The translations under genes and the position numbers were made by a program. From NCBI GenBank assembly GCA_040290255.1, contig PSMU01000002.1, positions 160,001 to 224,000 of the forward strand: 64,000 nt of DNA, read 5' to 3'. Below are positions 55,804 to 64,000 of this stretch, in pieces (position 1 is the stretch's first letter; every line of letters starts with the position of its first letter). The stretch comes from Nitrososphaerota archaeon (GTDB taxonomy: Archaea > Thermoproteota > Nitrososphaeria > PSMU01). Under the pieces are notes generated by a model, which searched no databases, was not told the DNA's origin, and saw only the letters and a list, made by a program, of their open reading frames with translations.

Positions 55804-58704
55804 GTGGGAAGTGCCCTTGAGCTGCTAAGCCCCCTTTTAAGGGCCGCCGTGGCCGAGAGAGGCTTTGAGGCGCTCAGCAGGCCGCAGGAGGAGGCCATCC
55901 CCTGGATCCTAGCGGGCGAAAACGTGCTGCTAGTAGCGCCGACCGGCACGGGGAAGACCGAGGCCGCCCTCCTGCCCATCCTCGACCTTCTGCTGATGGC
56001 GAAACAGAAGGGAGAGGCGGCCAGGGTGCTGTACATCACGCCCCTTCGGGCCCTTAACAGGGACCTGCTGGACAGGGTCGGCTGGTGGTGCAGGAAGCTG
56101 GACCTGCGCCTGGCCATAAGGCATGGCGACACGCCGGTGAACGAGAGAAGGCTGCAGAGCCTTGCCCCGCCCGATATCCTAATTACGACTCCTGAAACGC
56201 TTCAGGTGCTGCTAGTCGGAAGGAGGCTGCGCAGGCAGCTGGCCAGCATAAGGTGGGTCATCGTCGACGAGATACATGAGCTGGCGACCGACAAGAGGGG
56301 GGCACAGCTCTCCATAGCCCTCGAGAGGCTGGAGCTCATAACCGGCCGGCCCTTTCAGAGAATCGGGCTCTCGGCCACGGTGGGGTCGCCGGAGAAGGTG
56401 GCCAGCCTGTTGGCGGGCACGGGCCGAAGGTGTAGGGTCGTTAGGGCCGAGGCGCTGAAGGCCCTCTCCCTATGGGTGGAGTGTCCTGAGCCCAGGGCCG
56501 AGCATGTCAGGTTAGCCCAGAGCGTGCTCTTCACCTATCCTGAGGTGGCGGCGCGCGTGGCGAGGATGAAGGAGCTCCTGGACTCCCACAGCTCGGCCCT
56601 GATCTTCACCAACACCAGGAGCGAGGCGGAGGCGCTGGGCAGCCGGTTCAGGCTTCTTGACATCAACTATCCGGTGGCCGTGCATCACAGCTCGCTCTCG
56701 CGGGCCACACGGTTGGCCGTGGAGGAGGGCCTGAAGGAGGGCCGCCTTAAGGGCGTCATCTGCACGAGCAGCCTGGAGATGGGCATCGACATAGGGCCCG
56801 TGGAGCTAGTCATCCAGTATGGCTCGCCCAGGCAGGTGGTCAGGCTCGTGCAGAGGGCGGGGAGGAGCGGCCACCGGCTGGGCCAGGTCTCCAGGGGCAC
56901 CATAATAGCGCTCGACGCCGAGGATGCGCTAGAATCGATGATAATCGCGAAGCGCGCCCTACAGGGCTCGTTGGAGGAGACGCTGATCCCAGAGGCCCCC
57001 TATGATGCGCTGGCCCACCAGCTGGCGGGCCTCATCATCGAATATGGCGAGATGGGCTTTGAAGAGCTCTACCGCATAGTTACGGCGGCATATCCCTACA
57101 GAAACCTTGCCAGGGAGGAGCTGGCCGCCCTCCTCTCCTACCTCTCCAGCCGAAGGCCTCCGGTGCTTCACTATGACAGGAGGAGAGAGAGGGTCCTGAG
57201 GCCGCTCAATCAGAAGGCGCTCTTCGAATACTACTTCGAAAACCTCACGATGATCCCTGAGCAGCGCCAGTTCCTCGTCGTCGACCAAGCAGATAAGCCC
57301 ATAGGCGTCCTGGATGAGCTCTTTGTGATCGAGAAGGGCACGCCGGGCACCCGCTTCGTCGAGGCGGGGCAGGTCTGGAGGATAAGGGCCGTCACGGAGC
57401 GGGAGGTGGTCGTGGAGCCCTATGACGACCCAATGGGCGCCATTCCCACCTGGATCGGTGACGAGATCCCCGTGCCGATGGACGTAGCATGGGAGGTGGC
57501 CGAGCTAAGGAAGCGCGCCGCCGCCCTGGCCTCCGAAGGCCTACCTCTGGAGCGAGTCGCCGAGAGGCTTGTGCGGGAATATCCCACAGATCTAGGCACG
57601 ATGGAGAGGTGCCTGGCCCCCATCCTAGAACATGCGAAACAGTTGCCGGTCCCCGGCCCCCTGGAGTTGGCGCTCGAGGGGAAGGAAGAGCAGGTTATAC
57701 TGCATGCCTGCTATGGATCGCTCGTGAACAACCTGCTGGCCCATTGCCTGGCCTACCTGCTCAGCGCGGAGACGGGAGGCAAGGTGCAGCTCCTGGTGGA
57801 CCCCTACAGGATAGCCCTATCCGGCCCTGGCGTGGACAGGGGGAGAGTCTTGGCCGCCCTGGAACGGCTTAAACGCGAGGATCTTGGCCCGCTGGCAAGG
57901 AGCGCCTTTGCCGACAGCGGGGCCTTCAGGAAGAGGTTCGTGCAGGTGGCCCAGAAGATGGGCGTCATCGCTAAGGACTCAAGGCTTGACCCTTCCCTTC
58001 TCTCCTCGCTCATCGATTCGCTCAGGGGCACGCCGGTGTACGAAGAGGCCCTGAGGACGACGCTCAGGGAAGATGCGGATGTGGAGGGCCTTGATAGGGT
58101 CCTCGACCTGCTGAGGCAGGGGAAGATCGAGCTCTTGGAACTAAGGCCGAGGGAGGGCCTCTCGCCCCTCGCCAGGCTGGGGCTGGAGAGGATGAGCATG
58201 AAGCTCGACATAGTGCGTGGCGAGAGGCTGAAGGCCCTGCTGATAAACGCCGTGAGGAGCAGGCTGCTCTCCGAAGGTCGGACCTTCGCCTGCGCTAACT
58301 GCTGGTCCTTCACAAGGGCCATGAGGGTGCTTGACTATTGGTCCCAGCCGACCTGTCCCAGCTGCTCCTCGAGGAAGCTGGGCATGTGCAACGAGCCACC
58401 GGAGATGGTGGAGGCGCTCGCCTCGAGGCTTCGTTTGGGCCTGGCGCCGAGGCAGGAGCAGGAACAGCTGCTCAAGAGGATAATGGCCTCGTCGTCGCTG
58501 CTGGAGCGCTATGGCATCTCCGCCGCCCTGGTGCTCGTGGCCAAGGGCGTTACGGTCAGGGAGGCCGAGAAGGTGCTGGAGCAGGTGCACGAAGTGGGGG
58601 AAGCGCTCATCGTGAAGGTCATCGAGCTCGAAAGGAGGAGATTGAGGTTCGTGGCGGCGAGGCCCAGCTCTTCGCCCAGGGCCCCCGCTGCTCAGCGCTT
58701 GTAG
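55804..58704 (+). CDS. lhr: Lhr-like SF2 helicase with C-terminal Cys cluster
   Basis: APTGTGKT, PLRALNRD, TTPE, DEIH, LSAT, QRAGRSGH, CANC...CPSC; start 55795 or 55804. Confidence 0.92.
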   Translation: MGSALELLSPLLRAAVAERGFEALSRPQEEAIPWILAGENVLLVAPTGTGKTEAALLPILDLLLMAKQKGEAARVLYITPLRALNRDLLDRVGWWCRKLDLRLAIRHGDTPVNERRLQSLAPPDILITTPETLQVLLVGRRLRRQLASIRWVIVDEIHELATDKRGAQLSIALERLELITGRPFQRIGLSATVGSPEKVASLLAGTGRRCRVVRAEALKALSLWVECPEPRAEHVRLAQSVLFTYPEVAARVARMKELLDSHSSALIFTNTRSEAEALGSRFRLLDINYPVAVHHSSLSRATRLAVEEGLKEGRLKGVICTSSLEMGIDIGPVELVIQYGSPRQVVRLVQRAGRSGHRLGQVSRGTIIALDAEDALESMIIAKRALQGSLEETLIPEAPYDALAHQLAGLIIEYGEMGFEELYRIVTAAYPYRNLAREELAALLSYLSSRRPPVLHYDRRRERVLRPLNQKALFEYYFENLTMIPEQRQFLVVDQADKPIGVLDELFVIEKGTPGTRFVEAGQVWRIRAVTEREVVVEPYDDPMGAIPTWIGDEIPVPMDVAWEVAELRKRAAALASEGLPLERVAERLVREYPTDLGTMERCLAPILEHAKQLPVPGPLELALEGKEEQVILHACYGSLVNNLLAHCLAYLLSAETGGKVQLLVDPYRIALSGPGVDRGRVLAALERLKREDLGPLARSAFADSGAFRKRFVQVAQKMGVIAKDSRLDPSLLSSLIDSLRGTPVYEEALRTTLREDADVEGLDRVLDLLRQGKIELLELRPREGLSPLARLGLERMSMKLDIVRGERLKALLINAVRSRLLSEGRTFACANCWSFTRAMRVLDYWSQPTCPSCSSRKLGMCNEPPEMVEALASRLRLGLAPRQEQEQLLKRIMASSSLLERYGISAALVLVAKGVTVREAEKVLEQVHEVGEALIVKVIELERRRLRFVAARPSSSPRAPAAQRL

Positions 58705-58922
58705 ATTTTTATGATGGTGCGGCCTCCCTCGGCGCTCTCCTCGAACGTGAGCCCCTTCCTTTCACAGATGCCCCTGACCGTCGAGGCCTCGCGCGGATCG
58801 GAGAGCCTGGCCTCTATGATATCGCCCGGTGCCGCGTACTGAAGCGTGGCCAGAAGCCTTATGACGGGCGTATCCGTGCAGGACTCGCCTCTTTCGGAGA
58901 AGTCTATGACGTGCACCGCCAC
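58692..58922 (-). CDS. TusA/SirA-like small protein (variant motif)
   Basis: VIDF...SCTDTP, PGDIIE...SD, IIKIYK. Confidence 0.6.
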   Translation of the reverse strand: MAVHVIDFSERGESCTDTPVIRLLATLQYAAPGDIIEARLSDPREASTVRGICERKGLTFEESAEGGRTIIKIYKR

Positions 58923-58977
58923 GCAGCTCGGGCACCCTCTAAGCATATATGCTTCATGGTAAAGCTTATAGAACCCA

Positions 58978-58991
58978 TATAACGCCGTTAT
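58978..58991. promoter_or_regulatory. Palindromic operator TATAACG-C-CGTTAT overlapping the dsrE start codon
   Basis: 14 of 15 bp match to the reverse complement of the 51218-51232 site. Confidence 0.65.
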
Positions 58992-59373
58992 GTCGTTGGC
59001 CCAGGAGGTCCACGTAGTCCTGCTCTCAAACGACCCAAACAGGGCCTATCCTGCCCTGAGCCTGGTGCTCGCGGCCAGGGCTCTCGGACACGATGTATCG
59101 CTCTACTGTGCCCAGCAGGGCCTTGATGTGGTCAGAAGGGATAAAGGGGGCGCGATAACGCTGCCGGGCTATCCTCCGCTGTCCAAGTTCGTTCAAGATG
59201 CGCTGCAGCTGGGCGCCTATATCTGCGCCTGCGCCCCCTCCAAGGAGATCCTGGAGGCCCAGGGCATAAGGCCGGAAACCGTCTATGAGGGGGTCAGGAT
59301 GGAGGATGCCGTCGCGTTCCTCTCGAGGGCGCTCAAGGCGGCCAAGGAGGGCGGCCTGGTGTTCTTCATATGA
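58990..59373 (+). CDS. DsrE/DsrF-like sulfur relay protein
   Basis: RAYPAL..VLAARALG..VSLY...G, ICAC, AVAFL, C-terminal FFI. Confidence 0.8.
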   Translation: MSLAQEVHVVLLSNDPNRAYPALSLVLAARALGHDVSLYCAQQGLDVVRRDKGGAITLPGYPPLSKFVQDALQLGAYICACAPSKEILEAQGIRPETVYEGVRMEDAVAFLSRALKAAKEGGLVFFI

Positions 59374-59651
59374 GCGAGGTGGAGCTCGTCCTGCTTCGGG
59401 GCCCCCTGGACCTAGTGCGCGAGGAGGCCAGGAAGCACTTAGACGTGACGGGGCTCATCTGCCCCTATCCCGCGCTGGAGGTTTCGAAGGTTCTGCCTCA
59501 GGTCAACGAGGGCGAGGTGGTCGAGGTGGTTACCGACTCGGAGGTCTCCGCCACGAAATCCCTGCCGGTCATCCTCGACCGCCTAGGGTTCAGCTATGTC
59601 GTGTTTAAGCGGGAGGGCCTCTGGTATGTAAGGGCCGTCAAGAGGGGCTGA
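59370..59651 (+). CDS. tusA: Sulfur carrier TusA
   Basis: LDVTGLICPYP, GEVVEVVTD; ATGA overlap with dsrE. Confidence 0.88.
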   Translation: MSEVELVLLRGPLDLVREEARKHLDVTGLICPYPALEVSKVLPQVNEGEVVEVVTDSEVSATKSLPVILDRLGFSYVVFKREGLWYVRAVKRG

Positions 59652-59763
59652 GCCGAGCGGCTCAACGTGGGCGCACGGGCAAAGGCCCTTGCCCATGCCC
59701 AAGAAAATTGGGCACATTTGTGCAACAAAACGATTTTAACCGCGGCCGCGGGGCCCCTGGGCC

Positions 59764-60111
59764 GTGGTCGAGAGCGAGCTCATCGACGTCGGCCAGCTAA
59801 AGGAGGAGGATGTAGTGAAGGTCGATGTGGATGGCAGACAGGCGCTGCTCTACAAAAAGGGCAATAAGGTCTTCGCGTACATCGACGCCTGTCCTCACAT
59901 AGGCGGCTCGCTGAGGGCCGTGAAGGGCACCTTCGTCTGTGAGTGGCACGGCTCTAGGTTCGACGTGGAGACCGGCAAGTATCTCTCCGGCGTGGCCCCT
60001 AAGGACAGCGCGCTCATCCCCTTTCCCATAATAATCAGGGACGGCAAGGTCTACTACAAGTACCCACATGATAAGCCGCGTGGCCAGTGGCATATAGCCG
60101 AGATCAGATAG
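59764..60111 (+). CDS. Rieske 2Fe-2S ferredoxin
   Basis: CPH...CEWHGSRFD. Confidence 0.92.
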   Translation: MVESELIDVGQLKEEDVVKVDVDGRQALLYKKGNKVFAYIDACPHIGGSLRAVKGTFVCEWHGSRFDVETGKYLSGVAPKDSALIPFPIIIRDGKVYYKYPHDKPRGQWHIAEIR

Positions 60112-60119
60112 GCTCGGAG

Positions 60120-60998
60120 CTAACTGGGGATGATGCCCCTGAGCCCGAAGGCGGTGCCCAATACGTCGCCGAAGAGGAAGGATCCGAAGGCGGTGCCCAA
60201 CGTGAGCCCCACGCTGATCAGGAACTCGCGCGCGAAGGGCCTGTCCGCCAGCACGTTGCCGTAGAAGGTGAAGAAGGCGACGAGGGCTATTGCCACGGTG
60301 ACGGAGGCCGAAAAGGCCAACAGCATGTCATGAGTAAGGAAATACGGGAGCGCCATGGCCACGGCGGCGCCCAGGTAAGATATGCCGGTGGCCCCCGCCG
60401 AGCTCTGAGGGGAAATGCCCTTTTGCTGTCGGGCCTGCAGATAGGCGGCGGAGGCCATGGCCACCGCCGCCGAAAAGCCCACAATCAATCCCGCGATGCC
60501 CGCTATCAGAGTCGAGCTCGTGACGCCGAGGAACCCCGCGTGCACGCCCGTTATCTCGACGATCGCGTCGGCCAAGCCTAATATGACGAAGCTCAGGTAC
60601 CTGACGGCCCCCTCGTCCACCTGGCTCATAAAGTACCTTTCATGCTCCTCCTCCTCGCGAATTATGCCCTCCAGCTCCTCCCTTTCCTGCCCCTCGAGGG
60701 CCTGGGCAAAGCGCCTGTAGCTCTCTATCACTCTCCTTTCATGCCTCTCGAGGAACTTCATCGTGAACACGAGGCCGAAGAGCCTCCTTAGCAGGAGCAC
60801 GCCTATCAGCTGCCACCTGCTCAAATGGGGCTCGTAGCCTCCTGCATACCTGCTCCAGAAGCTGTAGTGGCGACGCTCCATCTCCGCCATGTCGCGGAGG
60901 ACCTTGCTTCGTTCAGACTGCCTCTCGCGCGTGGCAAGCGCTGAGTAGAGCGAGTAGTCGACGTACTCCTCTTGGCAGTATGCCTGGGCCTCCTTCAC
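60120..60998 (-). CDS. Rubrerythrin/ferritin-like + VIT1/CCC1 iron transporter fusion
   Basis: EE...MERRH...E...EEEHE, then LGLADAIVE, AMASAAYL; start GTG 60998 below a TATA box. Confidence 0.88.
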   Translation of the reverse strand: MKEAQAYCQEEYVDYSLYSALATRERQSERSKVLRDMAEMERRHYSFWSRYAGGYEPHLSRWQLIGVLLLRRLFGLVFTMKFLERHERRVIESYRRFAQALEGQEREELEGIIREEEEHERYFMSQVDEGAVRYLSFVILGLADAIVEITGVHAGFLGVTSSTLIAGIAGLIVGFSAAVAMASAAYLQARQQKGISPQSSAGATGISYLGAAVAMALPYFLTHDMLLAFSASVTVAIALVAFFTFYGNVLADRPFAREFLISVGLTLGTAFGSFLFGDVLGTAFGLRGIIPS

Positions 60999-61089
60999 GC
61001 CCCGCGGGCAGGAGGTGAGCGAATATAATCTTGCCCCTTGCCGATGGCGTTCGCCCAAAGATTATATCGAGGCCGCCTGGCGTCGGTTC

Positions 61090-61443
61090 ATGATACGCAC
61101 GCAGAAGACGGTCTATGACCCTGCGGACCCCTCCGATGGAAAGAGGATCCTAGTGATGAGGATATGGCCAAGGGGAGTACGGAGGGGCAAGGTGGACCTG
61201 TGGTTGAAGGAGCTGGGCGCGGATAGGGAGCTCATAGGGCAGTGGAAGCAAGGAAAGGTGAGCTGGGAGGAGTTCAGCAGGCGCTACAAGGAGAGCTTGG
61301 TGGGCAAGCGGGCCCTGCTCATGCAGCTGGCCGAGGAGGCGAGGCAGGGCACCATAACCTTGCTCTGCAGCTGCAGGGATGAGCGGCACTGCCACCGATA
61401 CCTGCTGAAGGAGGAGATAGAACGCTACCTGCAGGGGGATTAA
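61090..61443 (+). CDS. DUF488 (YeaO-like) protein
   Basis: VYD...DGKRILV.RIWPRG, TLLC, HCHR. Confidence 0.88.
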   Translation: MIRTQKTVYDPADPSDGKRILVMRIWPRGVRRGKVDLWLKELGADRELIGQWKQGKVSWEEFSRRYKESLVGKRALLMQLAEEARQGTITLLCSCRDERHCHRYLLKEEIERYLQGD

Positions 61444-61453
61444 GCCCCCCTCG

Positions 61454-62026
61454 CTACAACCTGATGATGCGGTCCATCAGGCCCAGGAGGGCCTCGACCG
61501 CTTTCCTCTCCCTCAGGGAGATGCCCGAGCCCTTGTCCTCCTCGAGCGAGGAGCCATAATATGCGTTGCCCAGGAAGGTCTCCGCGCTCATAATTGCCCT
61601 GTTCATAAGTCCTGGGGAGCCGGCCTGAAGATAAAGCGAGAGGTCGTTGATGGCGAGCAGCGGAGTGGGCCTCCTCAAGTAGGCCAGCAGGAGCGGCCTG
61701 AGCCTTCGGGCGTTGAGTCTCGCCAGCTCCAGCACTTCTGCTCCGCTCCTGCCCTCTATCCTAGGAGCCCTGATGGGCCGCGCCGTGAGCAGCCTCACCG
61801 TAGATGGCAATGCCATGTAGGCCCCAAGTGGAGTACCGAGGCCCTGGATCCTGCTCGGCGCCATCTCTATGACCGTCCCCTCATAGCCCGGATAGGTTGC
61901 AAGGAACGAGGCAAGGGCCAGGGCCGTCAGCCGCGTTTTGCCGGCCCCTACCTCGCCTACGATTAGCACGCGCCTTCCCATCAGGCGTTCAGGCGTGAGG
62001 CCGAGCTCATCCAAGCGAAAGGGCAC
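61454..62026 (-). CDS. Uncharacterised P-loop NTPase
   Basis: GEVGAGKT Walker A, LLAIND Walker B-like. Confidence 0.7.
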   Translation of the reverse strand: MPFRLDELGLTPERLMGRRVLIVGEVGAGKTRLTALALASFLATYPGYEGTVIEMAPSRIQGLGTPLGAYMALPSTVRLLTARPIRAPRIEGRSGAEVLELARLNARRLRPLLLAYLRRPTPLLAINDLSLYLQAGSPGLMNRAIMSAETFLGNAYYGSSLEEDKGSGISLRERKAVEALLGLMDRIIRL

Positions 62027-62549
62027 GAAGCACCCCTCTGGCCTCTAGGGCGGTCAGGACCAGCATGGCCAGGACGCTCCCGCTGATGCTGCTCAGGGCC
62101 CAGCCCGCGTAGAAGGGAAGGAGCGAGAGAAACCTGGTCCTGAGGCCGGCATTGATGAGCGGGTCCACCAGGTACCAGGAGGTCGTGGCGCCTATCAGGA
62201 CCGTGCCGAGCGGCTCGGATAGGGCGGCCAGCGCCATGGCCCTGGCCCTTCCTAGCCTTCGCTTGAGCAGCGCATACACGAGGCCCACGACCACGCCGCC
62301 AGGGATGCCGCCTGGATACGCGAAGACCGTTCCGAGGCCCAGCGATATCCTCAGCGTGCCCACGATCACGGCTATGGCGATGGCCCACAGCGGACCCACC
62401 GTCACACCGGCCAGGGCGTTGATGAAGTGCTGCCCAGGGAAGGCCCTCGTGGGCCCCCAGGCGAACCAGGAGACAGGGGAGAGCACGAGGGCCAAGGCGG
62501 CCAGGACGGCGGAAAGGGCCGGCTTCACGGTGAGGGGAGGGCGCTGCAT
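62007..62549 (-). CDS. thiW: ECF S-component ThiW
   Basis: FPGQHFINALAGV..GP, GTVFAYPG, EPLGT. Confidence 0.88.
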   Translation of the reverse strand: MQRPPLTVKPALSAVLAALALVLSPVSWFAWGPTRAFPGQHFINALAGVTVGPLWAIAIAVIVGTLRISLGLGTVFAYPGGIPGGVVVGLVYALLKRRLGRARAMALAALSEPLGTVLIGATTSWYLVDPLINAGLRTRFLSLLPFYAGWALSSISGSVLAMLVLTALEARGVLRALSLG

Positions 62550-62566
62550 GGCAGGGGTTCGCAGGG

Positions 62567-63304
62567 CTAGGATAAGGCCTTAGCGGGCAGGAGAAGGAGC
62601 AGGGCGGCCAGGCCGAGCAGATATGCGAGCAAAATTAAGCTCTCCCTCCTGCTCCACCTAAAGCTAGGCGGCGGCCGGCTCATCTTGGCGGCGCCATACC
62701 CCCTTACCTCCAGGGCCTGGGCTAGGTCGAGGGCCGTCCTGAGGGCCAGGGCCGTCAAGGGCACCAGCACGAGCGCCAGGGCCCTTAGCCTAGCCACAGG
62801 GCTGCGTGCTCCATGCTCGACGCCCCTTGCCCTCTGTGCGTCCACGATGTTCTGATACTCCAGCGCGAGCTGAGGAGCAAGCCTGAGGGCGCCCATGAAC
62901 GCAAGGATGAACCCCTGGGGCAGCCTGGCCTGTGCCAGCAGAGGCTCTATCTCCTCGGGAGCCACGAGCATCAGCGTCAGGCTGGAGGAGCTGAAGAAGG
63001 CCAGCAGCCTAAGGCCCTGGCCAATGGCGGGCGTCAGCTCCATGCCCGAAACGTAGCTTAGGCCCGAGAGGAGGAGCGCGAGCAGGGCCATGTACCTCTG
63101 GGCCCTCACCAGCCTGCGCGCGCAGCCGGCGATGGCCGCGAGGCCGAGCGCTAGCAGCAGGGAAGCGGCCGTAAGTGAGAAGGAAGCGCCCAAGAGCGAG
63201 AGCAGGAGGGGGCCGAAGCCCAGCGCCAGCCTGAGCCTGGGATCTAGGTCGAAGAGCCGCGAGGTCGTGGCCCTGAACGAAAGGCTAAGGTAGAGCAAGC
63301 TCAT
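62567..63304 (-). CDS. ECF transmembrane T component
   Basis: LDPR, AQRARG, ALEVRG; start ATG 63304. Confidence 0.85.
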   Translation of the reverse strand: MSLLYLSLSFRATTSRLFDLDPRLRLALGFGPLLLSLLGASFSLTAASLLLALGLAAIAGCARRLVRAQRYMALLALLLSGLSYVSGMELTPAIGQGLRLLAFFSSSSLTLMLVAPEEIEPLLAQARLPQGFILAFMGALRLAPQLALEYQNIVDAQRARGVEHGARSPVARLRALALVLVPLTALALRTALDLAQALEVRGYGAAKMSRPPPSFRWSRRESLILLAYLLGLAALLLLLPAKALS

Positions 63305-64000
63305 CTCGAATCCTTCTGATCGCCTCCTCCTTTGTAGTGAAGGGCCCGGGCCCCGGCCTGCCCAGCTCCTTCCAGAGCCGCACGAGCGCGGGAGGCCTAA
63401 GGCCGGCGCGGGCGAGAAGCCCCTCATCCGCGAGCAGCCTCTCGGTGGGCCCCTCAGCGAGCACGCGGCCCAGGGCCAAGATGACGGCCCTCCCCTGCAG
63501 GCTCCAGGCGAAGTCCATATCATGGGTGGCCACCAGCACCGCGGCGCCGCGAAGGGCTAGCCCCTTGAGCAAGGAGGTCAGCTCGAGCTTGAAGAAGTGA
63601 TCCTGGCCCAGCGTGGGCTCATCCAGCGCCAGGGCCCTTGGCCTGCGCATGAGCGCCACGGCCAGGCAAAGCCTCTTCTTCTGGCCCCAGCTCAGCGTGA
63701 ACGGCGACCTGCGCCGAAGTTGCCAGAGGCCAAACAGGCGCAGCAGCTCCTCGGCCCTGGCCAAGGCCTCTTCCCTCGTCACCCCGCTGCCAACTCCGAA
63801 CAGAAGTTCCTCCAGTACGCTCGAGGCGAAGAGCTGATGGTCAGGGTTCTGAAAGACAAGGCCCAGCAAGGCCGCTACATCTGAAGCTCGAGCGCTCGCG
63901 GGATCGACCCCGAAGAGGCTAATGCTGCCCTGGGTGGGCCTCATTAGGCCGGCCATCAGCTTGAGCAGCGTGCTCTTGCCCGAGCCGTTCGCGCCCAGCA
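63285..64000 (-). CDS. ECF ATPase (5' end outside window)
   Basis: GANGSGKST, FQNPDHQL, LSWGQKKR, LDEPT. Confidence 0.9.
   Translation of the reverse strand, partial: LGANGSGKSTLLKLMAGLMRPTQGSISLFGVDPASARASDVAALLGLVFQNPDHQLFASSVLEELLFGVGSGVTREEALARAEELLRLFGLWQLRRRSPFTLSWGQKKRLCLAVALMRRPRALALDEPTLGQDHFFKLELTSLLKGLALRGAAVLVATHDMDFAWSLQGRAVILALGRVLAEGPTERLLADEGLLARAGLRPPALVRLWKELGRPGPGPFTTKEEAIRRIRDELALP

Noticed and set aside
1-64000. CRISPR arrays, tRNA/rRNA genes, intact IS elements or integrases, selenocysteine readthrough
   Set aside because: By eye I found no regularly spaced repeats, cloverleaf or rRNA-like stretches, transposase motifs or interrupted conserved genes; nearly all intergenic gaps are under about 120 nt. 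tRNAscan and CRISPR finders were not run.

Overview
A gene-dense, GC-rich archaeal window. Archaeal-type LeuRS (PYPESPFHIGH/KMSKS), archease, Nre, an Lhr helicase, heavy AGG/ATA codon use and TATA boxes about 24-30 nt before start codons point to an aerobic, probably thermophilic TACK-lineage archaeon (lineage is inference). Layout: 1-13.5 kb molybdenum island (moaA-D-E, moeA, moaC-B, ModE/TOBE regulator, Mod/Wtp ABC importer, a CoxMSL-like molybdenum hydroxylase with the AYRGAGR motif plus coxD/E/F/G); 13.6-23 kb H+-PPase, a deletion scar, DUF929-VKOR, thiolase-SCP2, cysteine synthase-LhgO, flippase; 23-29 kb A1-type heme-copper oxidase (II, I+III fusion, IV), a foreign-looking Nudix insert, MntR and a blue copper protein; 29-52 kb mixed metabolism, sulfur and metal genes; 52-59 kb translation and repair genes; 59-64 kb TusA/DsrE/Rieske, ferritin-VIT1, DUF488 and a ThiW ECF operon. 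I saw no tRNA, rRNA, CRISPR array or intact transposase. Best novel candidates: a box C/D-like RNA with permuted D-C-D-C box order and a 16S-complementary guide upstream of lysE; one palindromic operator shared by a ZIP transporter and the dsrE-tusA genes; a MetE-core/OsmC/methyltransferase/rhodanese operon facing a cupin and a ferritin-like gene; a MoaD with a masked di-glycine; and LeuRS apparently starting at ATT. All calls come from motif recognition; no database searches were run.
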